The notes: generated by a model from the sequence alone, not told the origin. A DNA stretch of 64,000 nucleotides from Sphingobacteriales bacterium (GCA_031372815.1 JANMMA010000083.1:4820-68819); one strand, 5' to 3'. Numbered from the stretch's first letter, positions 9,015 through 19,139 are shown. Numbers and translations are program-made.

Positions 9015-10532
9015 ATGCACAAAAAAATCAGGTCAGCCCTAATTTCCGTTTTTTATAAAGACGGCCTGGAGCCTATTGTAAGGCAACTTTCACAGTCAGG
9101 AACCACTATCTATTCTACCGGAGGAACTCAACAATTTATAGAGGCGCTCGGCATTTCCTGTATTTCTGTAGAAGAGATAACGTCGTACCCCAGTATCCTG
9201 GGCGGTAGGGTAAAAACACTTCACCCTAAGGTCTTTGGGGCCATATTAGGCAGAAGGGATGTTTCGCAGGACCTGGACGAAATGAAACAGTACGACATTC
9301 CGGAATTTGATTTGGTCATTGTTGATCTATATCCTTTTGAACAGACCGTAGCATCAACGACAGACGAGAAACTTATCATTGAAAAAATAGATATAGGCGG
9401 ACCATCGATGATTCGTGCTGCAGCAAAAAACTTCCGCGACCTGCTTGTTGTTGCATCGCGCGACCAATACGGGGAACTATTACAACTGCTCGCAGCACAA
9501 CAATGCGAATCAACCCTGGAACAACGCAAATCTTTTGCTGCAAAAGCCTTTGAAATTGTGGCGCATTATGATGTGGCCATTTCAACATATTTTAATGCTG
9601 TTAACTCAGCTTATTTCCAAAAATCTGTTCCTTCCCCGCACTCCATGAGATACGGTGAAAACCCACACCAGCCAGCCGTATTTTACGGCAACAATGATAA
9701 ACTCTTCACTCAGTTGAATGGAAAAGAACTTTCTTATAATAACCTGGTGGATACCGAAGCAGCAATGCAACTGATCAGGGAATTCGAAGGACAGAAAATG
9801 GTTTTTGCCATCATCAAACATACCAATGTCTGCGGTATAGCAAAAAGACCAACGGTTGTTGAAGCCTGGAAAGATGCATTGGCAGGCGACCCCGAGAGTG
9901 CTTTTGGAGGTGTTTTGGTAACCAATGGTGGTGTTGATAAGCAAACGGCTGAGGAGATCACCAACATCTTCTTTGAAGTGCTGATAGCGCCTGGTTTTGA
10001 TGAAGATGCACTGACCATATTAAAAGCCAAGAAAAACAGGATACTCTTACAACAGATAAGTCATACGCCTTATTCAAATTCGTACAAGTCCATGTTGAAC
10101 GGTGTACTTACACAGGTACAGGATCAGGGCAGTTACGAGAAGTGGGAAGAAGCTGGTGGAAGGGAATCATCTAACAATGAAAAAGAAGACCTCATCTTTG
10201 CTAACCTGGTTTGTAAGCACCTAAAATCAAATGCAATAGCCCTGGTCAAAAATGGTCAGCTAATCGGTAAAGGATGCGGACAAACCTCCAGGGTTGACGC
10301 CCTTCGCCAGGCACTGGAGAAAGCAAAGCAATTCCGCGCTGACCTGAATGGCTCAGTGATGGCCAGTGATGCTTTTTTTCCTTTCGGAGATTGTGTGCAG
10401 ATGGGTCATGAAGCAGGAATAACGGCGTTCATACAGCCAGGTGGATCCATCCGTGACAAAGACTCTATAGCGTACTGTCAGGACCATAAACTTGCCATGG
10501 TAATGACGGGAATGCGCCATTTCAGGCACTAG
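9015..10532 (+). CDS. purH: Bifunctional AICAR formyltransferase / IMP cyclohydrolase
   Basis: ALISVFYKDGL, GRVKTLHPKVFGAIL, DIGGPSMIRAAAKNF and the C-terminal MTGMRHFRH are classic PurH signatures. Confidence 0.95.
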   Translation: MHKKIRSALISVFYKDGLEPIVRQLSQSGTTIYSTGGTQQFIEALGISCISVEEITSYPSILGGRVKTLHPKVFGAILGRRDVSQDLDEMKQYDIPEFDLVIVDLYPFEQTVASTTDEKLIIEKIDIGGPSMIRAAAKNFRDLLVVASRDQYGELLQLLAAQQCESTLEQRKSFAAKAFEIVAHYDVAISTYFNAVNSAYFQKSVPSPHSMRYGENPHQPAVFYGNNDKLFTQLNGKELSYNNLVDTEAAMQLIREFEGQKMVFAIIKHTNVCGIAKRPTVVEAWKDALAGDPESAFGGVLVTNGGVDKQTAEEITNIFFEVLIAPGFDEDALTILKAKKNRILLQQISHTPYSNSYKSMLNGVLTQVQDQGSYEKWEEAGGRESSNNEKEDLIFANLVCKHLKSNAIALVKNGQLIGKGCGQTSRVDALRQALEKAKQFRADLNGSVMASDAFFPFGDCVQMGHEAGITAFIQPGGSIRDKDSIAYCQDHKLAMVMTGMRHFRH

Positions 10533-10541
10533 AAATGTTAC

Positions 10542-11531
10542 ATGAAGAATACCCCGGTTATACGGTTCATATTCGACCTTTACGAGACTGTAAAACAATC
10601 AGTCCAGCCCTTTCATCCACGTAACCAGAGCGAAAAAACAAGGGCATTGGTAGCCGTTGGTCTGGTAAGTTTTTTTTGGGGAACTACCTGGCTGGCCTCA
10701 AAAAAAGGTGTTGAGCATATGCCCGGCCTTCAACTCGCAGGCATAAGGCAACTCATCGGCGGCGGTTTTTATATACTCTATTTCTTTATTAAAGGATATG
10801 GATTTCCCAACCGTCAACAATTCTTACAGTTTATCTGGATGAGCATACTGATGTTTGTTATCAGCAATGGTTTCAGCACATGGTCTGTCCAATATATTCC
10901 CAGTGGGCTCGGTGCAGTGATTGGTGCCATCTCCCCCATATGGATTGCCCTGTTCACCGTTATCCTGTTTCGGGAGGTAAAATTGAACCTCATTACTATT
11001 TTCGGACTGGTCCTGGGGTTCGCCGGTATTGTCATCATCTTTTCAGATTACCTCCAGGCGCTGTTCAACTCCTCTTTTGCATTCGGAATCATTCTTGGCA
11101 TTATTGCCACAATGACCTGGGCACTGGGTACCCTTTATACGGTACGACATGCCCGAAATTTCAATGCTTATTATAGCCTTGGTTGGCAGATGTTTTTAAG
11201 TGGTATTATGCTCACCATAGTTTCGCGGGTGAGTGGTCAATATGTTCCCTTGCATAACGTAAACCCTATCGCATGGTACTCTATTGCATACCTCGTGGTA
11301 ATCGGTTCAATCATCACTTTTGGAGCTTTTATTTATGCACTGAAAAGATTGCCTGCAGCTCAGGCATCTATCTATGCCTATATCAATCCTATAGTTGCTG
11401 TGATCGTGGGAGCAATTTTGAACAATGAAAAACTAAATGTCATTATTGCCCTTGGAACGATCGTTACTTTACTTGGTGTTTACCTGGTGAATACAGGTTT
11501 TAAAAAAGCCAAACTAAAAGACGAAGCCTAA
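10542..11531 (+). CDS. EamA/DMT family transporter
   Basis: About 10 TM segments in two EamA-like halves. The true start may be internal. Confidence 0.8.
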   Translation: MKNTPVIRFIFDLYETVKQSVQPFHPRNQSEKTRALVAVGLVSFFWGTTWLASKKGVEHMPGLQLAGIRQLIGGGFYILYFFIKGYGFPNRQQFLQFIWMSILMFVISNGFSTWSVQYIPSGLGAVIGAISPIWIALFTVILFREVKLNLITIFGLVLGFAGIVIIFSDYLQALFNSSFAFGIILGIIATMTWALGTLYTVRHARNFNAYYSLGWQMFLSGIMLTIVSRVSGQYVPLHNVNPIAWYSIAYLVVIGSIITFGAFIYALKRLPAAQASIYAYINPIVAVIVGAILNNEKLNVIIALGTIVTLLGVYLVNTGFKKAKLKDEA

Positions 11532-12841
11532 ATATCCCAGTATACTACTTCGTCTAAAAAAATCTCGTACAAATTTTTCCAACCCTCAAATTCAGGTTCA
11601 TCACTCAGGAAACTGTTATGGAGGATGATGCTCATTTCACCTTCAACGCTCCGTATAATGTCGTGCATCGACTTTAGTTCCAGATAAGCCTGCGCAGGTG
11701 TATACTGTTGCTCATAGTAACTGTTTGCATCCATCCAGCAGAAAGGGTGAACTGTAAGGTTTGTCTGCTCGTCTTTTTGCAGGTCGTACCAGTGAAATGG
11801 AGTTGTTACGGAAGCCCGAAACCCGTTGATGTCACCATATCCCATGGAGAAATCGTCTGTAATTCCTTCCCTGATTAATTTACGATAACCGGAAGGCAGA
11901 TCGAACCTGATATAATGAAACCTGCTGGCAGTTACTTTTTTACGGTTGATTGTTTCCAGTGAATTTATTTCCTGCTTCAGTAGTTCCGGGCGATCGCCAC
12001 TTTGCCAGGATGGGTGAATGCCCACATGATATCCGGCTGAATGATAGGCAACAAGGTCTTTCATAGCGTGGTGCGATGGACTGATATTGGTATCATAACC
12101 TACTGCATTTTCAGCGAGCAGAAAAAAATAATGTGGCCTCAAAGAATACCTTAGGTGCAAAGCGTCTAAAAATTCGTAAACATCAAATGGATCCGATCGC
12201 TTTTTCGTAAGCACATCAAGCCGTTTCACAACCTGCATCCATTGTCGGTTTATTACTGACCTGGTAAAACCTGCAACATTTCTAAAAAAACCTTTATGAA
12301 GATACGTCCATGCCATATCTATATCATATGTAGGCAAAAACTGAAATGGGCTGCGTTTGTAAAGAAGGGAAGGAAACTTAATCAATAGTAGTTTGCGCAA
12401 TTCCATGGCCCAGCAATTTACCAGAGGAAGGTGGAGCACATTGTTTTTTGCTGCAAAACTGCCTCTGTGGTCGTATCGACCATACATATCTTTTTCCTGA
12501 GGCAGATATTCTTCATAACGGCTAATCAGGTAAAATGAAGCCGACAAAATATCAAAAGGAATATCCCTGCCCTGCGTACAAAAAAATATTTTCAAGCCAC
12601 ACCATTCCTGCATAGTGATTTCCTGAGATTCTATACCCTGGTCAAAAACAAGCCGGTTAGGTATAATATGGAATGCCAATGGGTTCACTGCATTATCATT
12701 ATAACAAAGAGAAGGACCCGTATATAGCCGGAATTCTTCTTCATTGTCGGTAACACTTATTTCAATACCGCATAATGTTTCCAGTATATAGGTGGATATA
12801 TAATTGAACCTTGAAGTTGGATGGTTACAATAGACCAGCAT
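11528..12841 (-). CDS. Conserved hypothetical protein, polysaccharide-deacetylase-like
   Basis: 437 aa. LPTYDIDMAW and VGIHPSW resemble NodB-type Asp and His metal motifs. The family assignment is from memory of Bacteroidota homologues and is tentative. Confidence 0.45.
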   Translation of the reverse strand: MLVYCNHPTSRFNYISTYILETLCGIEISVTDNEEEFRLYTGPSLCYNDNAVNPLAFHIIPNRLVFDQGIESQEITMQEWCGLKIFFCTQGRDIPFDILSASFYLISRYEEYLPQEKDMYGRYDHRGSFAAKNNVLHLPLVNCWAMELRKLLLIKFPSLLYKRSPFQFLPTYDIDMAWTYLHKGFFRNVAGFTRSVINRQWMQVVKRLDVLTKKRSDPFDVYEFLDALHLRYSLRPHYFFLLAENAVGYDTNISPSHHAMKDLVAYHSAGYHVGIHPSWQSGDRPELLKQEINSLETINRKKVTASRFHYIRFDLPSGYRKLIREGITDDFSMGYGDINGFRASVTTPFHWYDLQKDEQTNLTVHPFCWMDANSYYEQQYTPAQAYLELKSMHDIIRSVEGEMSIILHNSFLSDEPEFEGWKNLYEIFLDEVVYWDI

Positions 12842-12944
12842 TATTCAGCAAAATAAGCATTTGACGTAAAAAGTCCGCGGGAGTATCCCAACCATAGATG
12901 AGCCTTCAATTATCGCTGCCTCATTCCAGGAATTGGCGGAAAGG

Positions 12945-14330
12945 CTAAATGGCTTTGGGCTTATCCATTTTTTCCTTCCACTGTTGGTTAAACGTCTTAT
13001 TGGGGAAATCAAGGTCGCTCCGATAATGCGTCCAACCCTTGAAAATTTTATTAACCATCCAGTTTTTGAGCCTGCTATTGCCCATATTCATCATATTCCT
13101 GTGAAGTGATGCCTGGCTCCATACCTTCCATGCGATACGTTCTGCGAGGCTGCTATTCCCTTCAGCAACAGATTCATACCGGTTTTCCAGCAGCAATTCA
13201 TGAAGATTGATCTTTACTGCACAAACCTCGGTACAGTTTCCACAGAGTGATGATGCATAGCTAAGGTGTTTCCACTCATCCATCTTTTTGAGATGCGGTG
13301 TGATAACACTTCCAATGGGGCCGCTATAGGTGGTACCATAACTGTGACCGCCAATATTTTTATAGACCGGGCAGGCATTCAGACAGGCCCCGCACCGGAT
13401 GCAGTACAAACTTTCCCTGGTTTTATGCTGCAGCAGGCTGGTCCGTCCATTGTCAAGGAGAATCACATACATTTCCTCGGGCCCGTCTGTTTCGTCATGT
13501 TTTCTTGGTCCACTTATAATGGAGTTATAGACGGTGATTTTTTGTCCTGTTCCGAAAGTAGCCAGCAAAGGCCAGAACAAAGCGAGATCATTCAGGGAAG
13601 GAATGATCTTTTCGATGCCCACAACAACAATATGGGTTTTTGGCCATGCACAACTCAGCCTTCCATTACCCTCATTTTCAGTGAGCGCCACAGAACCCGA
13701 ATCCGCAATAATAAAATTGGCTCCTGTTACCCCAATTTCCGCCTCTACATATTTTGAACGCAATTTCTCCCTCGCGACTAACGTGAGCTGCTCAGGTGTA
13801 AGATTAATATCTGTATGTAGTTTTTCTGCAAATAACCTGGCCACGTCCTCCTTGCTTTTATGCATGGCCGGTGTAACAATATGGTATGGAGCTTCGCCGT
13901 CAAGTTGCTGTATGTATTCCCCAAGGTCTGTTTCCACGCTTTCGATTCCATGTTCCTCCATGAAGTCGTTCAGATGGATTTCTTCCGTGGCCATACTCTT
14001 GCTTTTGACCATTATCCTGCAGTTCTTCTCCCTGCAAATTTTTAAAATGGCCTGTTGGGCATCTTCAGTATTTTCTGCCCAGATCAGTTTACCACCATTT
14101 CGCGTGAAATTCTGTTCAAATTGCTCAAGGTATTTGTCGAGCCGCTCCATGACTTTCCATTTCACGTTCTTCGCCCTTTCCCTGGCAGTATCAAGGTCGC
14201 TGAATTGGGATTTACCTGCAGGCACTACAGCATTATACTTGCCAATATTAAAATTGATCTTCCTTCGGTGTTCCAGGTCCTCCGCCTTAACGGTACTACT
14301 GGCTATAAATGAAGCAACATTTTCCTGCAT
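12945..14330 (-). CDS. lutB: LutB/LldF-type lactate-utilisation iron-sulfur protein (LUD domain plus 2x 4Fe-4S motifs)
   Basis: CIRCGACLNACPVY and CGNCTEVCAVKI are ferredoxin-type motifs, and there is an N-terminal LUD-like region. The start is placed at the ATG at 14330 (MQENVASF), 1 nt after the upstream stop. The ORF track extends to 14384. Confidence 0.75.
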   Translation of the reverse strand: MQENVASFIASSTVKAEDLEHRRKINFNIGKYNAVVPAGKSQFSDLDTARERAKNVKWKVMERLDKYLEQFEQNFTRNGGKLIWAENTEDAQQAILKICREKNCRIMVKSKSMATEEIHLNDFMEEHGIESVETDLGEYIQQLDGEAPYHIVTPAMHKSKEDVARLFAEKLHTDINLTPEQLTLVAREKLRSKYVEAEIGVTGANFIIADSGSVALTENEGNGRLSCAWPKTHIVVVGIEKIIPSLNDLALFWPLLATFGTGQKITVYNSIISGPRKHDETDGPEEMYVILLDNGRTSLLQHKTRESLYCIRCGACLNACPVYKNIGGHSYGTTYSGPIGSVITPHLKKMDEWKHLSYASSLCGNCTEVCAVKINLHELLLENRYESVAEGNSSLAERIAWKVWSQASLHRNMMNMGNSRLKNWMVNKIFKGWTHYRSDLDFPNKTFNQQWKEKMDKPKAI

Positions 14331-14331
14331 A

Positions 14332-14934
14332 CTAGGATTTTTTTCCTTTGGTTTTGTCCTGGTAGTATTCATTAGCCAGGTCATCCAGGGCCTTGTAAAA
14401 GTCTTCTCCGTATTTTCTTATCAGTGCTTCGCGCAAAAATTTATATACCGGTACTTTCAATTTCTTACCCAGGATACAGGCCGGACTGCACATGGATTCC
14501 CTTGGTACATAGTTGACCATCTCATAATCCTTATTTCTCGCCCTTGTTATTTTAATCGGATAGAGATGACAGGAGATGGGTTTCCTCCAGGTAGTAACAC
14601 CATCACTATAAGCTTGTTCAAAAGCACACTTTATAATACCTTTTTCATCCCTTACTCCGTACGCACAGATTCCCCCATTGATGGTGGGCGTGACCCATCC
14701 GAATTCCTGGTCGTACCGAAAAAATCCAACCCTTGCTATTTCAATTTTCCCTTCCTCGGTAATATAAGGAAGCACTTCTTTAAAAGACTGCCTGATGATC
14801 TCCAGTTCCTCGTCTGTAAGGGGAGCACCGGCATCGCCATCTTCACAACAACCACCTTTGCACTTGTCGAGGTCGCAAACAAACTGCGCCTCAACCACTT
14901 CATCACTGATTAGTATGTTATCGATGGAAATCAT
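14332..14934 (-). CDS. DUF3109 family cysteine-rich protein
   Basis: 200 aa with CDLDKCKGGCCEDGDAGAPLTDEE near the N-terminus, typical of DUF3109. Confidence 0.65.
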   Translation of the reverse strand: MISIDNILISDEVVEAQFVCDLDKCKGGCCEDGDAGAPLTDEELEIIRQSFKEVLPYITEEGKIEIARVGFFRYDQEFGWVTPTINGGICAYGVRDEKGIIKCAFEQAYSDGVTTWRKPISCHLYPIKITRARNKDYEMVNYVPRESMCSPACILGKKLKVPVYKFLREALIRKYGEDFYKALDDLANEYYQDKTKGKKS

Positions 14935-14948
14935 AAAACAAAATTAGG

Positions 14949-15590
14949 CTATTTCCAACGTAAGGTGTTTATCATGTGCTTTAGGTCTTCCTGGAGAAAT
15001 CTATTCACCGGGGCAATGGAATCTGCATTTGGTGCGGCATCAAAATAAAGTGCACCCCGGAGAAAATGCCTTGAACTGTCGGTCACAAAAAACTGGTTTG
15101 CCGTGGCTGCATTTCCTCCCACGTTGAAGTATACGCCACTAAGTCCATTCGAAGTGATAAATGATGAATCATCAATAGAGCTTGCTTTGAGAGAATGTTT
15201 ATAGGTCATTTTAAATGCTTCTTCCCTCAATCCTTCAAAAGTGTTTTTGACTATAGAATCTTTATATCCACTGTCCTTTTTTATCTTATAGATGGAACTA
15301 CCGCCGATGGTTTTATAACTGATGTAGATCCGTCCGCTGAATTCAGGAAAATCGATATTGATCCAGTAGGGGTTGTCGGGATTCTCATCAAACAATGTAG
15401 TGTCTTTTCCGATTCTCCCATAAACCGGGTACTCGAATTGATAAGGATAGTCAGGGTTATTAAATAACTGGTATTTTTTTTCAGGGAAACCAATACGGTA
15501 ATATTCCCTGGGCTTTGGTGTAAAATCGCTGTTGCATGAAAAGAACAGCATACCCAGCATCACAACTTTAGCAAATTTCATCCTATACAT
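14949..15590 (-). CDS. gldD: Gliding motility lipoprotein GldD
   Basis: Lipoprotein signal MKFAKVVMLGMLFFSC followed by PKPREYYRIGFPEKKYQ, which resembles GldD. It lies immediately downstream of a gldE-type gene with a 0-nt gap. As I recall, the order mutY-ssb-gldE-gldD is the one described for Flavobacterium johnsoniae. Confidence 0.7.
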   Translation of the reverse strand: MYRMKFAKVVMLGMLFFSCNSDFTPKPREYYRIGFPEKKYQLFNNPDYPYQFEYPVYGRIGKDTTLFDENPDNPYWINIDFPEFSGRIYISYKTIGGSSIYKIKKDSGYKDSIVKNTFEGLREEAFKMTYKHSLKASSIDDSSFITSNGLSGVYFNVGGNAATANQFFVTDSSRHFLRGALYFDAAPNADSIAPVNRFLQEDLKHMINTLRWK

Positions 15591-16937
15591 TTAATCAACC
15601 CGTGTTGGATTGATGGTTATTTTCATTTTGTTGATCCTGTTCTTTTCCAGTTCTACAATAGTGAACAAAAAATCGCCGCTTGACACTTCCTGGTTTATCT
15701 GTGGAATTTCACCAGCCATCTCAAGTACAAGGCCGGCCAGTGTTTCACTGTCGCCCCTTACTTCATCAAAAGTGTCTGTGGATATATTCATTGACCTGCA
15801 GGCTTCAACAATCATAGTCCTTCCCTCAAAAAGAAAATTTTTGTCGTCAATTTTTTTGTTCTGGCTGTCTTCATCGTCAAATTCGTCGCGTATATCGCCG
15901 ATCACTTCCTCCATAATATCTTCCAGCGTAACGATTCCCTCTGTGCCGCCGAACTCGTCTACTACAACGGCAAAGTGTATCCGCTTTGCCTGGAACTCAC
16001 GCAGCAGGTCCTCGATCAGTTTATGTTCATGGACGAAGTATGGCTGTCGCATGAGCGCATGCCAGCTAAATTCTCCATCTTCATTCAGGTGGGGTATCAG
16101 GTCTTTTGTCTGGATGATCCCAATAACATTGTCAAGGTTTTCCTTATATACAGGCAGCCTTGAATAGCTAAGCTCCTCCACTCTTTTTACGAGCTCCGGG
16201 AATGGCGTTGAGGCTTCAATACCGTGTACGTCAAGCCGGCTTCGCATGACCTGCCTCACGGTAATGTTGCCAAATTTAATAATGCCTTTCAGCATATTTT
16301 TTTCTTCTTCCGTGGCATCATGGGAAGTTGTAAGGTCGATCGCCTGATCCAGCTCTTCAAGACTATAGGATGATGATTTACCTCCACCAAGTGACTTTTC
16401 GATCCGGTCATTATAACCTACCATCCAGTTGCTGATTCCTTTGCAAAGCGAGTTTATGGTTGCCACCAGGAAGGAGGAATAATAGGCAAACCGAAGGTTG
16501 TTCTGTGCAGCCCAGACTTTTGGCAGCACTTCCGCAAATAATACCAGTACTGAAGTAATGATGATGATCTTAAGCATGAGTGCGAAAAAGAAATTCGCGT
16601 CAACATTAGTGAGTTCGTCTACCAGGAAATTGGTAAGGATGACGATCGCGATGTTCGTGAGGGTATTCGTGATCGTTAGTGAAGCAAGTAGGGTTTTCGG
16701 TTCGTCCAGCAGGTTAAGTATCCTTCTTGCAGATGGATGCTGCTTTGTTTTGAGTACGTTGATGTCTTTATAAGATAGCGAAAAATAGGCTACCTCTGCT
16801 CCCGATACGATAAACGATATTACCAGAAGAAGCAAAAGCAACACGACCATTATGGTAATGGCTGTCTGGGGTATGGAGCCCAGCAAGACCGGTTTTAAAA
16901 AGATCTGCAAAAAATGTCCCGTAGCGGTATCGTTCAA
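15591..16937 (-). CDS. gldE: Gliding motility-associated protein GldE (CNNM/DUF21 TM domain, CBS pair and CorC_HlyC domain)
   Basis: N-terminal 4-TM DUF21 region, a CBS pair (VRQVMRSRLDVHGIE ... LPVYKENLDNVIGII) and a C-terminal CorC-type domain. Synteny with gldD and ssb supports the call. Confidence 0.8.
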   Translation of the reverse strand: MNDTATGHFLQIFLKPVLLGSIPQTAITIMVVLLLLLLVISFIVSGAEVAYFSLSYKDINVLKTKQHPSARRILNLLDEPKTLLASLTITNTLTNIAIVILTNFLVDELTNVDANFFFALMLKIIIITSVLVLFAEVLPKVWAAQNNLRFAYYSSFLVATINSLCKGISNWMVGYNDRIEKSLGGGKSSSYSLEELDQAIDLTTSHDATEEEKNMLKGIIKFGNITVRQVMRSRLDVHGIEASTPFPELVKRVEELSYSRLPVYKENLDNVIGIIQTKDLIPHLNEDGEFSWHALMRQPYFVHEHKLIEDLLREFQAKRIHFAVVVDEFGGTEGIVTLEDIMEEVIGDIRDEFDDEDSQNKKIDDKNFLFEGRTMIVEACRSMNISTDTFDEVRGDSETLAGLVLEMAGEIPQINQEVSSGDFLFTIVELEKNRINKMKITINPTRVD

Positions 16938-16978
16938 AAGTCTGGTTTTGGTACTCGATATTGTTTAGGTAATCAGAA

Positions 16979-16998
16979 GGGCAGGTGTGAACCTGCCC
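16979..16998 (-). terminator. Hairpin between ssb and gldE (possible partial terminator)
   Basis: gggcaggt-gtga-acctgccc is an 8-bp perfect stem, located 31 nt downstream of the ssb stop. The trailing sequence on the minus strand (ttctgatt) is only moderately T-rich. Confidence 0.5.
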
Positions 16999-17028
16999 AC
17001 TGCAAAAATATGAATCAATATTGGTAAT

Positions 17029-17463
17029 TCAGAATGGCAGATCACCCGGGCTTTCACTTATGGGTGGTATATCGTCCCTGTTGAGGCCTTCAATCCCGCT
17101 ATCTGCCGGGCCATGGCCTGGCGCGCCATCCATTCGTTTATCCAGCATGATAAGGTTATCTGCAACCACTTCAGTGGCAAATTTTCTAACCCCTTCTTTA
17201 TCATCCCAACTCCTGGTACGAAGTCTGCCTTCAACATAGATCAGGCTGCCTTTGTGAAGGTATTTCTGGGCCAGGTCTGCAAGGCCCCTCCATAAAACTA
17301 CGGTATGCCATTCCGTTTGACTGATCAGTTTACCGGTTCTGTCTTTGTACGTTTCTGTTGTTGCCAGTGGAAATTTTGCTACCCCAATATTACCTTCCAG
17401 ATGTTGTACGTCGGGGTCTTTTCCCAGGTTTCCAATAAGCATCACCCTGTTTACTCCTCTCAT
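17029..17463 (-). CDS. ssb: Single-stranded DNA-binding protein
   Basis: OB-fold N-terminus MRGVNRVMLIGNLGKDPDV, a TEWHTVVLW segment, and an acidic C-terminal tip ending DLPF. Confidence 0.92.
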   Translation of the reverse strand: MRGVNRVMLIGNLGKDPDVQHLEGNIGVAKFPLATTETYKDRTGKLISQTEWHTVVLWRGLADLAQKYLHKGSLIYVEGRLRTRSWDDKEGVRKFATEVVADNLIMLDKRMDGAPGHGPADSGIEGLNRDDIPPISESPGDLPF

Positions 17464-17472
17464 AAATTGAGT

Positions 17473-18567
17473 TTATCTGTCCTTAATCCCTGCCTTTTGC
17501 TTACTTAAATTTACATTCTTTTCATGTAAATAGGAAAGTATAAATCGGGGCATCGCTAGTGCTGATAAACGGTTTTCATCAACAGCTAAATAGCCGTCCA
17601 AACCCTCAGGTTTTCGGTCGACTTCTATTTCAATAAATCGTCCGCTTAACTGCTGGTGCGTAAGCTGTTGTTTAAAGACAGGTGAAATATAGAGTAGCTT
17701 ATAATTACCACCCTGTAACATTTCTGTAAAAAATGGGGCAGAAAGTAGCTTCCTGGAAGAAAGCAGTCTTTTTGATTCATGGAGGTAAAACTCGAACAGG
17801 TTTTGCCAGATGTCTTTGGCTTCACGCTTCCTGCAGTATACTTTACCGTCGTGGTGAAACAATATATAATGGAGGTAGCGCTTTCTTTTTTCAGGTTTGG
17901 CAACCCTGACGGGAAGTTTGTCTACCCAACCAATTTTAAACGCTTCACAATCATGCTGAAGCGGGCATGTACCACACAGTGGTTGTCGGGGTTTACAAAC
18001 AACTGCGCCAAAATCCATGATAGCCTGGTTATAAACAGCGGGATTTTTCCTGTCGAGCAATTCATCTGCAAGTGTGCAGAACAGTTTTGCAGCCGCGGGA
18101 TCACTGATGGGTGCAGCAATGCCGAACACCCTGCTAAGTACCCTGACTACGTTTCCATCTATAACAGCATGGGGTAAGGAGAATGCAAATGATGCAATGG
18201 CTGCGGCAGTATAAGGTCCCACCCCTTTCAACTTCAGGATATCGTTATATTGATCGGGAAATTTTCCTTTTAATTGATAAGCAATAAACCGGGCTGAGGC
18301 CAGAAGATTGCGGCAGCGGGTATAGTAACCCAGTCCTTCCCAAAGCTTGAATACCGTGTCATCGGGAGCATTGGCAAGTGCGTTTATGTTTGGGAAGGCA
18401 GCAATAAAGCGCTCATAGTAGTCCCTACCCTGTTCTACCCTGGTTTGTTGTAGGATAATTTCGCTTAACCACACCTTATAAGGGTCTTTTTCACCTTTCC
18501 AGGGCATTTCACGGCGGTTAACCGCCTGGTTCCAGAGAAGCAGGGAATTGGTGAAAAATGACGACAT
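17473..18567 (-). CDS. mutY: A/G-specific adenine DNA glycosylase
   Basis: HhH-GPD region (LKGVGPYTAAAIASFAF), a 4Fe-4S loop (CKPRQPLCGTCPLQHDC) and a C-terminal NUDIX-like domain. Confidence 0.92.
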   Translation of the reverse strand: MSSFFTNSLLLWNQAVNRREMPWKGEKDPYKVWLSEIILQQTRVEQGRDYYERFIAAFPNINALANAPDDTVFKLWEGLGYYTRCRNLLASARFIAYQLKGKFPDQYNDILKLKGVGPYTAAAIASFAFSLPHAVIDGNVVRVLSRVFGIAAPISDPAAAKLFCTLADELLDRKNPAVYNQAIMDFGAVVCKPRQPLCGTCPLQHDCEAFKIGWVDKLPVRVAKPEKRKRYLHYILFHHDGKVYCRKREAKDIWQNLFEFYLHESKRLLSSRKLLSAPFFTEMLQGGNYKLLYISPVFKQQLTHQQLSGRFIEIEVDRKPEGLDGYLAVDENRLSALAMPRFILSYLHEKNVNLSKQKAGIKDR

Positions 18568-18783
18568 AGACAGCTTTCAGGGATATTTCAGTATGAAATG
18601 TACAGTTGAAATGTTAACAATACAATTTTTTCTATACGTTATGCGTTCAATTAGTAGCCATCCGGGCCTTTGTAATGGATTGATTTCATTAATTTTAGGT
18701 CCTGCAGATTCAGTGTTTTAAAATCCATTGATTTTGCAGTGGGGCGTAAACCATTTAATATCCCATTTAAAAAACCTCAGAAA

Positions 18784-19116
18784 ATGAGAAAAGCCGATCT
18801 GATCAACAACATTTCCGAAAAAACGGGAATCCCTAAGGTGGACGTTCTGGTATCACTTGAAACAATGTTCAAGGAAGTAAAAGAATCACTTGCAAAAGGT
18901 GAAAACATCTATATCAGGGGATTCGGAAGCTTTATTACCAAGAAAAGGGCTGCCAAAATCGGCCGTAATATCAAGAAAAACACTGCTGTCCACATTCCCG
19001 CACATTTTATTCCAGCGTTCAAACCAGCAAAAGAATTTGTACAGGAAGTCAAAAAATTACAGCTCGACACCCCTATTAAAGAAGATGGTGCCGAAGAAAT
19101 GATGAATGTGCGTTAA
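18784..19116 (+). CDS. HU family DNA-binding protein with C-terminal extension
   Basis: MRKADLINNISEKTGIPKVDV ... IYIRGFGSFITKKRAAKIGRNIKKNTAVHIPAHFIPAFKPAKEF is an HU/IHF fold. The start is placed at the ATG at 18784. The ORF track begins at a GTG at 18739. Confidence 0.85.
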   Translation: MRKADLINNISEKTGIPKVDVLVSLETMFKEVKESLAKGENIYIRGFGSFITKKRAAKIGRNIKKNTAVHIPAHFIPAFKPAKEFVQEVKKLQLDTPIKEDGAEEMMNVR

Positions 19117-19139
19117 TTTTACGCACTAAATCATTTTAT

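Noticed and set aside
11528-11531. Convergent genes have overlapping or abutting stop codons: EamA and the deacetylase-like gene share CTAA, and HAD and psd abut at 57236/57237.
   Set aside because: The overlaps are real, but this is a common consequence of genome compaction. There is no evidence of regulatory meaning.
12945-14330. Interpreting the LutB homologue as evidence for a complete LutABC lactate-oxidation pathway.
   Set aside because: No LutA (CCG-domain) or LutC gene is present in the window. Only the single subunit can be supported.
13534-14913. A 459-aa plus-strand ORF lies antisense to LutB and DUF3109. It is the longest unexplained ORF in the window.
   Set aside because: Its translation is Ser/Leu/Phe/Cys-rich low-complexity sequence with no recognisable motif, while both overlapping minus-strand genes have clear family signatures. 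Over DUF3109 its codons are in register with the sense codons, so it only requires absence of TTA/CTA/TCA codons there. Other long antisense ORFs occur across the window. This is most likely a codon-bias artefact. Ribo-seq would be needed to argue otherwise.
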